Source: a virus (taxonomy: Duplodnaviria; Heunggongvirae; Uroviricota; Caudoviricetes). From it: DNA of 64,000 bases. Location of the stretch: positions 5,673 to 69,672 of the IMG/VR virus record IMGVR_UViG_3300042295_001370. One strand, 5' to 3'. The position numbers were made by a program, and so were the translations under genes. A model generated the notes under the pieces. That model had not been told where the DNA came from and did not search any database. It saw only the letters and a program-made list of their open reading frames with translations. Position 1 is the first letter of the stretch. Every line of letters starts with the position of its first letter. Positions 18,359 to 27,747 of the stretch are shown one piece after another.

Positions 18359-20080
18359 GTGAATTTGGCAGAATTGAAAGAACTTTGGTTGAACAAGGAG
18401 ATTACACCAAATAGGTTGACAAAGTTGTTGCCTATACACAAAGAAGAGCTAGACAAATTATTTCCTTGTGAAGGCCCAATTGCAGCTAAATTTTATGCAT
18501 ACGTTCATAACACTAATGCAGAAAACAGTTGGTGTGAACAGAGTGGTAAGTTCAGGACTTTCAATAATATGGTTCTAGGGTTCAGAAAATTCTGTGGTAA
18601 TCAATCTCAATGCTCCTGTAATCGTGAATATCAGGAAAGCGTTCGACACAGCCGCACTAGAGATGAAATAAATCATATTCACGAAAAACGTAAAAATACC
18701 AACCTTCAAAAGTATGGTTTTGAGTATGCAAGTCAACATGACAAGGTCAAAGCCAAAGCTGAGACCACATGTTTTGAAAAGTATGGCGCAAAAGCTCCAA
18801 CCTTAAATCCTGTTGTTTTAGACAAAGCACAAAAAACGATCCAGGAAAATTGGGGAGTAAACTTTCCTCAGCAACATCCTGATATAAGAACCAAAACTAT
18901 AGAGGTGTTTCAAAACACTTATGGAGCACCTGTTCCTGCTCAAAACCTGGAGGTGTTAGTTAAAACCAAAAAAACCAACCTCTCAAAATATGGTGTTGTG
19001 GCCCCGTTTTTGACAACAGAGCATAGGGAGACCAATAGGAAAACTTTTCGGCAAAAATCTTGGGATTCCTATATTACAAATAGGACTGATTACACTCCGT
19101 TATTCACTCAAGAAGAATTTTTGGACTCACATCGTTATTCTGAACATTCGTTTGTTTGCCAAAAATGCCATAACCAATTCAGTGTTGCCTTGAAAAGAGA
19201 ATCTGATTTGCGTTGTTTTGCTTGTTATCCAAGAAAAGAAAGTTGGGGAGAAACAAAGATCAAACAATGGTTGTGGGATAATAACATATCTTTTGAGCAA
19301 TGGAATAGGCAAGTTATCAAGCCATTGGAGATTGACTTTTATCTTCCAGATTTAAATGTGGGTATTGAGTTTAATGGCATCTTTTATCATTCAGATTGCC
19401 AAATAGGAGACAAAAAATATCATCAAAATAAATGGAAACAAGCTCTTGAAAAAGGTGTAAGGCTTGTTCAAATTTGGGAACATGAGATGGTGCAAAAACC
19501 CAATATTATATTTGACAGATTGTCACACGTAGTGGGTTTGAAAAAAACAATTGTTGGTGCACGTAAATGCAACATTACAGTTGTGGATTTTGGAACAGCT
19601 AAAACATTTATTCAGAACTCACACTTGCAGGGCAACATACCAACCAAACATATTTGGGGTTTGGAACACAACGGGTCGCTTGTTGCACTTGCTAGCTTTG
19701 TCAAAACTAGGTATAGCAAAGGGAGTGATTATGAGCTGGCCCGTTATTGTATTTTGCCTGGGTATCATGTGCCAGGAGGGCTTAGCAAGCTTTTGAATCA
19801 TGCACATCAGGAGTTGGGATTCAAAAGCTTGGTGTCCTACAGTAACTTGAACTGGGGACTGGGAAATGGTTACGAAAAAACAGGCTTTGAGTTAAGTCAT
19901 ATCAGTCCACCCAATTATTGGTATTGGAAAAATATAAATGACGTTCAGAGCCGACTTAAATTTCAAAAACACAAAATACAAGGCTTAGCTGCGGGCAATA
20001 CAGAGCAAGAAATTGCCAAAAATTTGGGCTACAATCGTTTTTATGATGCAGGCAACGCAGTGTGGATCAAAAAATACTAG
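18359..20080 (+). CDS. Hef-like homing endonuclease: KYG repeats, PD-(D/E)xK-type domain, C-terminal GNAT-like domain
   Basis: Repeated KYG..Q motifs, zinc motifs, EIDFYLPDLNVGIEFNG, then ARKC..ELARYC..GGLSKLL..VSYS; TATAAATA at 18325-18332. Confidence 0.75.
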   Translation: MNLAELKELWLNKEITPNRLTKLLPIHKEELDKLFPCEGPIAAKFYAYVHNTNAENSWCEQSGKFRTFNNMVLGFRKFCGNQSQCSCNREYQESVRHSRTRDEINHIHEKRKNTNLQKYGFEYASQHDKVKAKAETTCFEKYGAKAPTLNPVVLDKAQKTIQENWGVNFPQQHPDIRTKTIEVFQNTYGAPVPAQNLEVLVKTKKTNLSKYGVVAPFLTTEHRETNRKTFRQKSWDSYITNRTDYTPLFTQEEFLDSHRYSEHSFVCQKCHNQFSVALKRESDLRCFACYPRKESWGETKIKQWLWDNNISFEQWNRQVIKPLEIDFYLPDLNVGIEFNGIFYHSDCQIGDKKYHQNKWKQALEKGVRLVQIWEHEMVQKPNIIFDRLSHVVGLKKTIVGARKCNITVVDFGTAKTFIQNSHLQGNIPTKHIWGLEHNGSLVALASFVKTRYSKGSDYELARYCILPGYHVPGGLSKLLNHAHQELGFKSLVSYSNLNWGLGNGYEKTGFELSHISPPNYWYWKNINDVQSRLKFQKHKIQGLAAGNTEQEIAKNLGYNRFYDAGNAVWIKKY

Positions 20081-20922
20081 ATGGGGCCAGTTGGGCTCAT
20101 TTGGGGCACAACAAGTGGGACTGCTGCTTCTGCATTGTCAAATCCCAGTTGTTGTGCCAACTGATCCTCGGTCTGTCGGGTGTGACTGGGTGTTGCACCA
20201 TGCATGATCAAAAGATCATCTCTTATGTGTTGACTTCTCTTTTCCAGTTGTAATATCTTGAGAAAACTTGTACTACTTACGGTAGTATAATAAGCAAAGG
20301 GGTTTGAGCTTTTAGCTTCATCAAATTGAAGTCCCACTTGTGCCAATTGCACCAGTGCTTGCGCTTTCATTTCGTCAAGATAAGTGTAACCTCTCCAGTT
20401 GCCTCTATGCCCATAGCGATCAACCAATTTGATCCACATAGCAGCCAGTCTATCAGTAATCCTACCGCCAGTTAAGGTGAATTCACCCTTTTTGTGATGA
20501 CTCTTGCCCACACATTTCCATTCATTGTTTTGGAAAATCCAATGTTGAAAAGGAGGGAAATTGCATCTGATGTGTTTTTCTGCCTGATTTTTGGCTTTGT
20601 CAGCTTTGGCAGGGTTTAACGGAATGTGCACAAAAGTCATAAGCCTCACAACAATTTCATCCAAAGGCACATTATCCAATGTTAATGAAGATTCAAAAGT
20701 CTTGCTGCCGCTGGCTTTCTTTTCTTCAGCCATTTTGTTAGCTAGCTTTTTGTGTCGAGCAGCGTCCAAAACTTCTGGAGTTGCTGCTGCAAGATCATAT
20801 ACAATGACATCAAAATCAGTGTATTTTTTGTCAACAAATTCACAAAAAGTAAGCTTACTTTCATGGATTGCAGACAATAAATCTTTGTTTGTTAGATATT
20901 TGATCTTGGGAACCAATGCCAT
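20077..20922 (-). CDS. gp55: Late-transcription sigma factor, T4 gp55-like
   Basis: YLTNKDLL, NWRGYTYLDEMKAQA..FDEAKSSNPFAYYT; start MALVPK after AAAGGA. Confidence 0.9.
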   Translation of the reverse strand: MALVPKIKYLTNKDLLSAIHESKLTFCEFVDKKYTDFDVIVYDLAAATPEVLDAARHKKLANKMAEEKKASGSKTFESSLTLDNVPLDEIVVRLMTFVHIPLNPAKADKAKNQAEKHIRCNFPPFQHWIFQNNEWKCVGKSHHKKGEFTLTGGRITDRLAAMWIKLVDRYGHRGNWRGYTYLDEMKAQALVQLAQVGLQFDEAKSSNPFAYYTTVSSTSFLKILQLEKRSQHIRDDLLIMHGATPSHTRQTEDQLAQQLGFDNAEAAVPLVVPQMSPTGPI

Positions 20923-21042
20923 TATAGTCCTTTGTGTTTGAAACCCTAAATTTTGTAATTGGTTACAGAAGAAGTCAAAATGGACGCCTTGATCTGTTAA
21001 ATAATTCAATAGATTGCCAAAAGATTATGTTGGGGCGTAACA

Positions 21043-23262
21043 ATGAAGCTGTTTGACTTATTACCAGTAGTAAATCTCTCTTTGACTGAGGCCAAAGCCC
21101 GTATCGAGCATCCAGAAGACATGATCTTCGATGAGGGGTTAGATGGTGCCAAAAGAGCTTTTCATATACTGAGCACAACTGCTCATCAACCCGAGTATGT
21201 TAGTATAAAAATGGATGGAACACCAGCCTTGATTTCTGGATGGAAAGACTATAAATTTGTGTTAACAGACAAAGCTGGATTCAGCAGTAAAAAATACAAT
21301 GGTTTAACCACAAGCCCTGAGGATATTGTCAATATGCTCATGAGCAGGAAAATGAAAGACACCAGCCCCAGTGCAAAGAGTGCTCGACTGGCATATGCCA
21401 ACAAAATAGCCAGTCTCTACCCATTGTTGAAAAAAGTTACCCCAAAAGGATTTATCGGTTACGTTCAAGCGGATTTGTTGTGGACTGGTGTACCTCCCAT
21501 TGTAGATGGGGCATATGAATTTACACCCAACAAAATAACTTATCGTGTGCCTGTCAACAGTCAATATGGTGAAATGATTGCCAACAGCAGTGCTGGCGTG
21601 GTCATGCACAGTGTTTATCAAAGCCCTGAAGATCAGGAACCAGAAGCCTTGCGAAACATTAGTCAATATGGCTTTCGCACTGATCAAGGACTGGCTATCC
21701 TACCTCATGAAGCCACCATGCTCAAAAGTTTGAACCTGGATAAAAACTTAGTTGACAAATTATCCCACTTGTTTAGAGTGCATGCTGTAAGTGTGAAATC
21801 ATTTTTGGACAGAGGACAACTAGCCAGTCATGAAATCTTGAGCCTTCCTGGCTTGATGAAAAGCTTTTTGGCCAAAAAGGCAGAACGTGGTAGTTCCACA
21901 TTTAGCCATGTGAGTAGAGAGTTTTTGGAGTGGCTTACAGGGCTCAACAGTACTGCTAGCCCTGCAATGCAGGCCAAGTGTTTGAAATGGATTCAAAGCC
22001 ACATCCATGGTTACAATAGCGTGTGGCGGATAGTAAGTTTGTTAACAAGTTTGAAGCTGGATCTCAAGAAACAAATGGACCGTCAAACAGATGGGACAGT
22101 GGGTGCTAGTTTGGGTGGAGATCCAGGACATGAGGGATTTGTGGCTGTAACTCCCACTGGAATAGTGAAGTTTGTAAATCGTGCCCAATTTATGAGAAAA
22201 GGCGAGCCTGATTCATTGATGGAACAAGAACACAACCGGGTAGTTTGGACCTTTGGGAGGATGAATCCTCCCACTCGTGGTCATCAGCACTTGGTTAACA
22301 CAATGGCCAAACACGCTGGCAAGGGTGACTATTGGATCTTTTTGAGTCACAGTCAAGACGGAAAAAAGAATCCATTGCCTTGGGCGGAAAAGCTGGAGTT
22401 TTTCCAAGAGATTATGTCTCAACACCAAGATCATGTGGTGCAGGATGAGAGCATCAAAACTCCGCTGCAAGCCGCAGAATGGCTCTACAACAAAGGCTAT
22501 AGACATTTTGTATTTGTTGCCGGCGAAGATCGTGTGCAGGGCATGAAAGACCTTTTTGACTCTTGGAACAGTCCAGAAATACGTGAAAAACATCAACGTC
22601 AACCAGTGACGATTGAAATTGTATCAGCTGGAGAACGGCATCCAGATGGCATTGGCGTTAGTGGAATAAGCGGCACCAAGGCACGTGAGGCTGTTTTGAA
22701 CAAAGACAAAAAGGCTTTCCACCAAGCTGTGGGTTTGGATGATGAACTTTCCAATAGGCTGTTCCAATCAGTTCGACGCTATCTCAAGCACCCTAGGAAC
22801 ACAGTAATGGAAGCTCATGAGCACGCTGCTGGCACCATAGTTGTTTTGAGCATGAGTCCCAAAAATGCTCGAGAGCTCAAAGAATGGTGTGAAAGTCAAG
22901 GTGTTCCCTGTATGAATACTGATGATCTTCACATGACTGTTTTGTATAGCCAAAAACCAGTGCCTCACCTCATGAGCATGCATGGTAACACTGTGGTTGT
23001 GCCAGCACAAATAAAAGGTTGGACCAAAATGGGCGACAAAGCCCTGTGCCTAGACCTAGATTGTGACCTGGCACACAAATTTCATCATCATTTGAAGAGC
23101 AAGGGCGGAACTCACGATTTCCCCAACTTCATTCCACACAGCAGCGTAAATTACAATTGGTTGGAGAGAACAGACCTACCAAAAGTTTTGCCCAACTTTC
23201 CTCTGCTGTTTGATCAGATTCATGTCAAGCCAATTGATCCCCGATACGGAAACAAAAGCTAA
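21043..23262 (+). CDS. Three-domain protein: ligase-like nucleotidyltransferase + HxGH cytidylyltransferase-like + 2H phosphoesterase (Acb1/gp57B-like)
   Basis: KMDG..EGFV; FGRMNPPTRGH; LHMTVLYS..GTHDF..FIPHSSV. Confidence 0.75.
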   Translation: MKLFDLLPVVNLSLTEAKARIEHPEDMIFDEGLDGAKRAFHILSTTAHQPEYVSIKMDGTPALISGWKDYKFVLTDKAGFSSKKYNGLTTSPEDIVNMLMSRKMKDTSPSAKSARLAYANKIASLYPLLKKVTPKGFIGYVQADLLWTGVPPIVDGAYEFTPNKITYRVPVNSQYGEMIANSSAGVVMHSVYQSPEDQEPEALRNISQYGFRTDQGLAILPHEATMLKSLNLDKNLVDKLSHLFRVHAVSVKSFLDRGQLASHEILSLPGLMKSFLAKKAERGSSTFSHVSREFLEWLTGLNSTASPAMQAKCLKWIQSHIHGYNSVWRIVSLLTSLKLDLKKQMDRQTDGTVGASLGGDPGHEGFVAVTPTGIVKFVNRAQFMRKGEPDSLMEQEHNRVVWTFGRMNPPTRGHQHLVNTMAKHAGKGDYWIFLSHSQDGKKNPLPWAEKLEFFQEIMSQHQDHVVQDESIKTPLQAAEWLYNKGYRHFVFVAGEDRVQGMKDLFDSWNSPEIREKHQRQPVTIEIVSAGERHPDGIGVSGISGTKAREAVLNKDKKAFHQAVGLDDELSNRLFQSVRRYLKHPRNTVMEAHEHAAGTIVVLSMSPKNARELKEWCESQGVPCMNTDDLHMTVLYSQKPVPHLMSMHGNTVVVPAQIKGWTKMGDKALCLDLDCDLAHKFHHHLKSKGGTHDFPNFIPHSSVNYNWLERTDLPKVLPNFPLLFDQIHVKPIDPRYGNKS

Positions 23263-24092
23263 ACAGCTACACCTGTCAACTGCTCAATCCTTGCAGCTTC
23301 TTCTTCTGATTTGCGTTGCTCACTGGGAGATTTCTGCTTAAACTTCCCAGTTTTCACATCCATTGTGGGTTTGCCAGTGGGCCCTAATTTATCCAAGCTC
23401 CTTAGAGTTTGAATCAACTCAGTCAACCCTTGATGAATAGCCCTATTGCCTTTGATGGCTCGTTGAATAGTTTCAACACTTTGGAAGCTGTCGTGAGTGA
23501 ATCTGGGCCCCAATAGCTTTTGTGCAATCACATCAGGATCAGTGGAGATAACAGATTCATCTTCCCGATTCAACAGTCCACGTTGCCAACTGTATTTCAT
23601 TCCCAATGCTTTGGCAATACTGCTCATGAGTTGATTTCTTTCTGCACCAGTGTAGTTGCTGGCGTCTCCTGGACTCTGCATGCTGAATTTCATCCATTGA
23701 GGATCATCATGGAAGAAAAAGTCAGTTTGCACGAAGCCATTCTTGGGATCACCTGCAATTGGTGTCAACAGATGAACTTCTCCAGCAGGCTTCACATACT
23801 CTTTGGGGTTCAAACCTTGGCTCAACACCCAGTTTTGGAGACTTTGGGCAAATTGGGCTTTTGACATTTTCTTGCTGTCGACTACAATGTCGATATCCCC
23901 ACTGCTGGCTTTTTTGCCAACACTGCCCAAGGTCATGCCATGCATAGGCAGCCCTGTGATTTTTTCCAGCCAATCCAACGTGGGACTGATCAAAGCCAGT
24001 GGGATACGAGTGGTGCGTGGATAGCCATCTGAGGTTTTGAATACGTTGCCGCCTTCAAAAACTAATTGTGGGGAGAGTTCAAACTGTTTCAT
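23259..24092 (-). CDS. Pol-beta-superfamily nucleotidyltransferase
   Basis: LGSVGKKASSGDIDIVVD (hGS-x-DhD) and VQTDF third acidic strand. Confidence 0.65.
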   Translation of the reverse strand: MKQFELSPQLVFEGGNVFKTSDGYPRTTRIPLALISPTLDWLEKITGLPMHGMTLGSVGKKASSGDIDIVVDSKKMSKAQFAQSLQNWVLSQGLNPKEYVKPAGEVHLLTPIAGDPKNGFVQTDFFFHDDPQWMKFSMQSPGDASNYTGAERNQLMSSIAKALGMKYSWQRGLLNREDESVISTDPDVIAQKLLGPRFTHDSFQSVETIQRAIKGNRAIHQGLTELIQTLRSLDKLGPTGKPTMDVKTGKFKQKSPSEQRKSEEEAARIEQLTGVAV

Positions 24093-24099
24093 GATCTAG

Positions 24100-24134
24100 T
24101 ATTTAGATTCCAGCTGGTTTCCAGCACATAAATA
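24100..24134. promoter_or_regulatory. Divergent late promoters
   Basis: TCTAAATA on minus (24100-24107) and CATAAATA on plus (24127-24134). Confidence 0.6.
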
Positions 24135-24164
24135 TTTGGCTAATATTTTTGAGGAAAGAATTGC

Positions 24165-25124
24165 ATGCCTAGATTTGGTGGTTTTGGTGTTAACACTGGT
24201 TCTTTGGTTGGTGGACTTGTAAACAACGTTGTGGGGTCGGCTGCCTCTGCTATTTTTCCACGCGGGGTGTTTGGCGGTTTTGGAATTGGAGATGGTGTGA
24301 ATTTGTTGGGAACACTCAACAATCAAGATCCCACTAACCGACGTGTAAGCCTGCGGCCCAGACCAGCTGCTGCTAATCGCGTGTTGGGCAAGGGATTATT
24401 GGATCCTTTGCGAGAAACAAACAATGGCATGGTTTGGCCCTACACACCTACAATCAACTATCAACAAGACATTGATTATCAAACCATTAGCACTGTACAT
24501 ACAAACCAAGACTTTCATATATTTGCACGTACTCCTGCAACTTCATTCAGTGTGGATGGTCAATTCACTGTTCAAAATCAAAAAGAAGGACGCTATGCCT
24601 TGGCATGCATACACTTTTTGAGAACCATGAGCAAGATGCATTTTGGTGAAAATGACAAAGATGCAGGCACACCTCCTCCTATTCTCTTGTTCAATGCCTA
24701 CGGTCCCTTTGTGTTCAACAACTTGCCAGTCATAGTCAAGAGCTATAGTATTGGATTTCCAGATGATGTAGACTATGTTCAAGTGGCTAGTGGGCTGCCT
24801 GCTACTAATCAACCTACAGTGCGACCCACACCAATAATTAGGTCGCCACAACAGCTTGAAGATGCTGGCGAACCTGGCCTAGCGTTGCAAGGTTTGCCTG
24901 GTGTTACCCAGCCTGCAAACCGGAATTGGGACGATCCATTGAACAATCCTCCTGGAGCCAGTGTTCAACAACAAACACCGTCAGCTACAAAAGGTGTTTG
25001 GTTACCCAGCTTGTTTAAAATTTCAGTAACATTGATTGTGCAACACACTCCTACCACATTGCGGAAGAGATTCGAGTTGCCCAAATACATCAATGGTGAC
25101 CCAAGTCAAAGTGATTTCATCTAA
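24165..25124 (+). CDS. Baseplate / tail tube initiator protein (gp48/gp54-like)
   Basis: WPYTPTI, HFLRTMSKM.FG, GTPPP.L.FNAYG..FNNLPV; heads the baseplate operon. Confidence 0.55.
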   Translation: MPRFGGFGVNTGSLVGGLVNNVVGSAASAIFPRGVFGGFGIGDGVNLLGTLNNQDPTNRRVSLRPRPAAANRVLGKGLLDPLRETNNGMVWPYTPTINYQQDIDYQTISTVHTNQDFHIFARTPATSFSVDGQFTVQNQKEGRYALACIHFLRTMSKMHFGENDKDAGTPPPILLFNAYGPFVFNNLPVIVKSYSIGFPDDVDYVQVASGLPATNQPTVRPTPIIRSPQQLEDAGEPGLALQGLPGVTQPANRNWDDPLNNPPGASVQQQTPSATKGVWLPSLFKISVTLIVQHTPTTLRKRFELPKYINGDPSQSDFI

Positions 25125-25423
25125 TGACAACAGTAACTTATCTACGCAGTAGTCCTTACTATCGTACTCCACAAAACACTACATATCTGGATTTTTGGCG
25201 ACCTCCATTGCTCACAAGAACAACTGACGATCTAATTGTTACTTTGGCACAACGGCATCTACATCGGCCTGACTTATTGAGTTTTGAACTATATCAGAAT
25301 CCCCGGGCATGGTGGGCGTTTGCTATCCTAAATCCTGATCAAATTGTGGATCCAATTTATGATTTCGTTCCTGGGATAACAATTTATGCACCTAACCAGC
25401 TTAGTATAGAAAGTAGTTTGTAA
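25124..25423 (+). CDS. Baseplate wedge protein, gp53/LysM-like
   Basis: RPDLLSFELY.NP..WW.FA.LN.D.I.DP..DF..G..I. Confidence 0.75.
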   Translation: MTTVTYLRSSPYYRTPQNTTYLDFWRPPLLTRTTDDLIVTLAQRHLHRPDLLSFELYQNPRAWWAFAILNPDQIVDPIYDFVPGITIYAPNQLSIESSL

Positions 25424-27732
25424 TGGCTACCCCACTTGTGACTAATCATTATCTTCGACGCATTTTAAGTGAGCTCGCTCTTAAAGGCCTAAATTTCAGC
25501 CCAGAAGATAATATGCTAAATTCTCATGACAGATACACATATCATTTACAATTAGTTTTGGTAAATGATAGAGAAGCTGATGAAGATGATATTGATGAAA
25601 AATTGTACCTAAATGAGGTTAGATATGTTGTTGTGGCTGAAAGTGGAGTTACGGCTGGGTTCAATATAATAGAATGTGAAATAAAAGATGCTGTAAGCCA
25701 TAATTTTCGTACTAAAAATGCAACCTCAGTAGAAGTAGACATGGTGATTGCAGAACCGTATAATATGAGCTTACCTGACAAAATTTTTGAAAGCAGCAAG
25801 CAACTAGGTAACCTTAATTGGCGATTAGCTCCTATATTTTTGATGTTATGGTTCAACTATTACGATGCTGACGGAAATATAGTTGCCAATGCCCAAAGAA
25901 AGTTTTTTAAAGTCTACAAACTTAATATAGTTGATTTGTCGAATACACTTACGGCTGCAGGAACCATTTATAGAATGAAAGCCGCTGTTAATAATAATAT
26001 GGCATTCAAAAACTCATTCTATCTTTTACCACAAACTTATACTATTGAACTAGGAAGTGGAAGGATAGGCATTTCTGATCCAGGAGGGGTACTGCCTGGG
26101 CAAAATATTATAGACTTTGATAAAACAGTTGGTGAATTTTTTGGAAAATTGGAAGATGAACTAAATCAGTTTTATATTGATTTAAGAAGTAGTCAACGGC
26201 CACAAGATCAACAAACACAGGTTGTAATTTATCAATTTTTCATTGAGGAGGCATTGAGAAATCAAAAAATCCAGTTTAGCCCACAAATCAACAACCGGCG
26301 TGCTAGTTTTAGGCAAGTAGGAGACAAAGTTCAATTTATTGCTGGTAAAGGCATAAGCATTGGTGCGTTAGTAGATGACGTCTGTGCATCAATTCAAGAC
26401 ATTACATTTTTTATACCAGATGATAGGTCAGGTATCATAAAAGTTCCTTGGATTGAGTGTGTAGTAAAAAACATTGGGTGGGACTACATAAGAAATGATT
26501 ATATAAGGCAATTCCAATTTTATATTGGAGTTAAACAGACCCGCAGAGCTATAGCTAGCCAAGAATTTGGCCGAGCTTTCCAACTTGTAAACGAATTTCA
26601 CGATGCTAGATTAGCAAGTATTAATACTGGGACTGTTAAGCTACTGAAAAAGGCTTATTTGTATTTTTACACAGGAAACAACACAGAGATTATAAATCTT
26701 GATGTTCAATTCAATGCACTGCATTGGATACCTTTGCCTATGACAAATGAAACAGTTTTGCCAAGTGCATTTAGTGCACTGCGTACTTCTCTAGGCGACT
26801 TACAAAGCGCCTTAGCTCGTAGACAGACTGCGCTTCAAGAATACGATCAAACTCAACAAGAGTTACTTAGATTGCGGAGGCTTAGGGCTGGCGCACAGGC
26901 GTCTGATGCTGTTGTATTAGACACTCAAATTGCTGCTGGTGAGCGTCGTTTACGAGAAATAGAACAAGAAGATGAGGCAGCGCGCCGTGCCTTAGCTCAA
27001 GGGTCGTTAGTAGTATTTGACCCAAATGTGGCTCAGACATTAGAAGACGCATATGGACGTTTTGGTCAAGATCAATCTCCAGTAACCGGCTTACGGGAGC
27101 AGCTCCAAAGAGAGCGGGATGCTGCACGAACAAGGCGAAGACGTGTTGAATTTAGTGAGGACGAATTTAGTAGTAATAATAGGACATTGCCTGCTCAGCT
27201 TACCTACATCCAAGATACTAGAGATATTATAAATCAACTAAGGCCTCAGACTGCTACTGATACGGATGTTCGTAAAGTTTATGCCAGTGTAACACAACAA
27301 ATTTATGCTCGCATGCAAGATATGGTGAATATCACAATGGAGATACGTGGTGATCCTTACTGGTTAGGGGCTTCAAATATAGAAAGAGATAGACAGTTGA
27401 GAAGTTATATACAACAGACATATTTTGGTCAACAGTCAGGAGTTCCAGTCTATATAGATGAATACGCCGTTTACCAACCTTACGATGCATTTTTTATGTT
27501 GGCTTTCCGGGCAGGAACTATTCCTGACGAAAACACAGGGTTTATGGACTTGCGTGATGATGTTGATTTTTTCAATGCTCTCTATATGATGGTGCAAGTA
27601 ACACACATATTCAGAGACGGGAAATTTACCCAACGATGTGAAGCAACCCGTGACCTTTTGAGTAATTTGGGCGACTCGCGAACAGAGTTTGGTACTGTAC
27701 CGGCAGTTTTGAGAACAGGTATAAATCAATAA
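25423..27732 (+). CDS. Baseplate hub protein (gp27-like)
   Basis: Position between gp53-like and gp5-like genes; C-terminal ITMEIRGDPYWL..LYMMVQVTHIFRDGKFTQ. Confidence 0.55.
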   Translation: MATPLVTNHYLRRILSELALKGLNFSPEDNMLNSHDRYTYHLQLVLVNDREADEDDIDEKLYLNEVRYVVVAESGVTAGFNIIECEIKDAVSHNFRTKNATSVEVDMVIAEPYNMSLPDKIFESSKQLGNLNWRLAPIFLMLWFNYYDADGNIVANAQRKFFKVYKLNIVDLSNTLTAAGTIYRMKAAVNNNMAFKNSFYLLPQTYTIELGSGRIGISDPGGVLPGQNIIDFDKTVGEFFGKLEDELNQFYIDLRSSQRPQDQQTQVVIYQFFIEEALRNQKIQFSPQINNRRASFRQVGDKVQFIAGKGISIGALVDDVCASIQDITFFIPDDRSGIIKVPWIECVVKNIGWDYIRNDYIRQFQFYIGVKQTRRAIASQEFGRAFQLVNEFHDARLASINTGTVKLLKKAYLYFYTGNNTEIINLDVQFNALHWIPLPMTNETVLPSAFSALRTSLGDLQSALARRQTALQEYDQTQQELLRLRRLRAGAQASDAVVLDTQIAAGERRLREIEQEDEAARRALAQGSLVVFDPNVAQTLEDAYGRFGQDQSPVTGLREQLQRERDAARTRRRRVEFSEDEFSSNNRTLPAQLTYIQDTRDIINQLRPQTATDTDVRKVYASVTQQIYARMQDMVNITMEIRGDPYWLGASNIERDRQLRSYIQQTYFGQQSGVPVYIDEYAVYQPYDAFFMLAFRAGTIPDENTGFMDLRDDVDFFNALYMMVQVTHIFRDGKFTQRCEATRDLLSNLGDSRTEFGTVPAVLRTGINQ

Positions 27733-27747
27733 TTTGAGAAGCTATAA

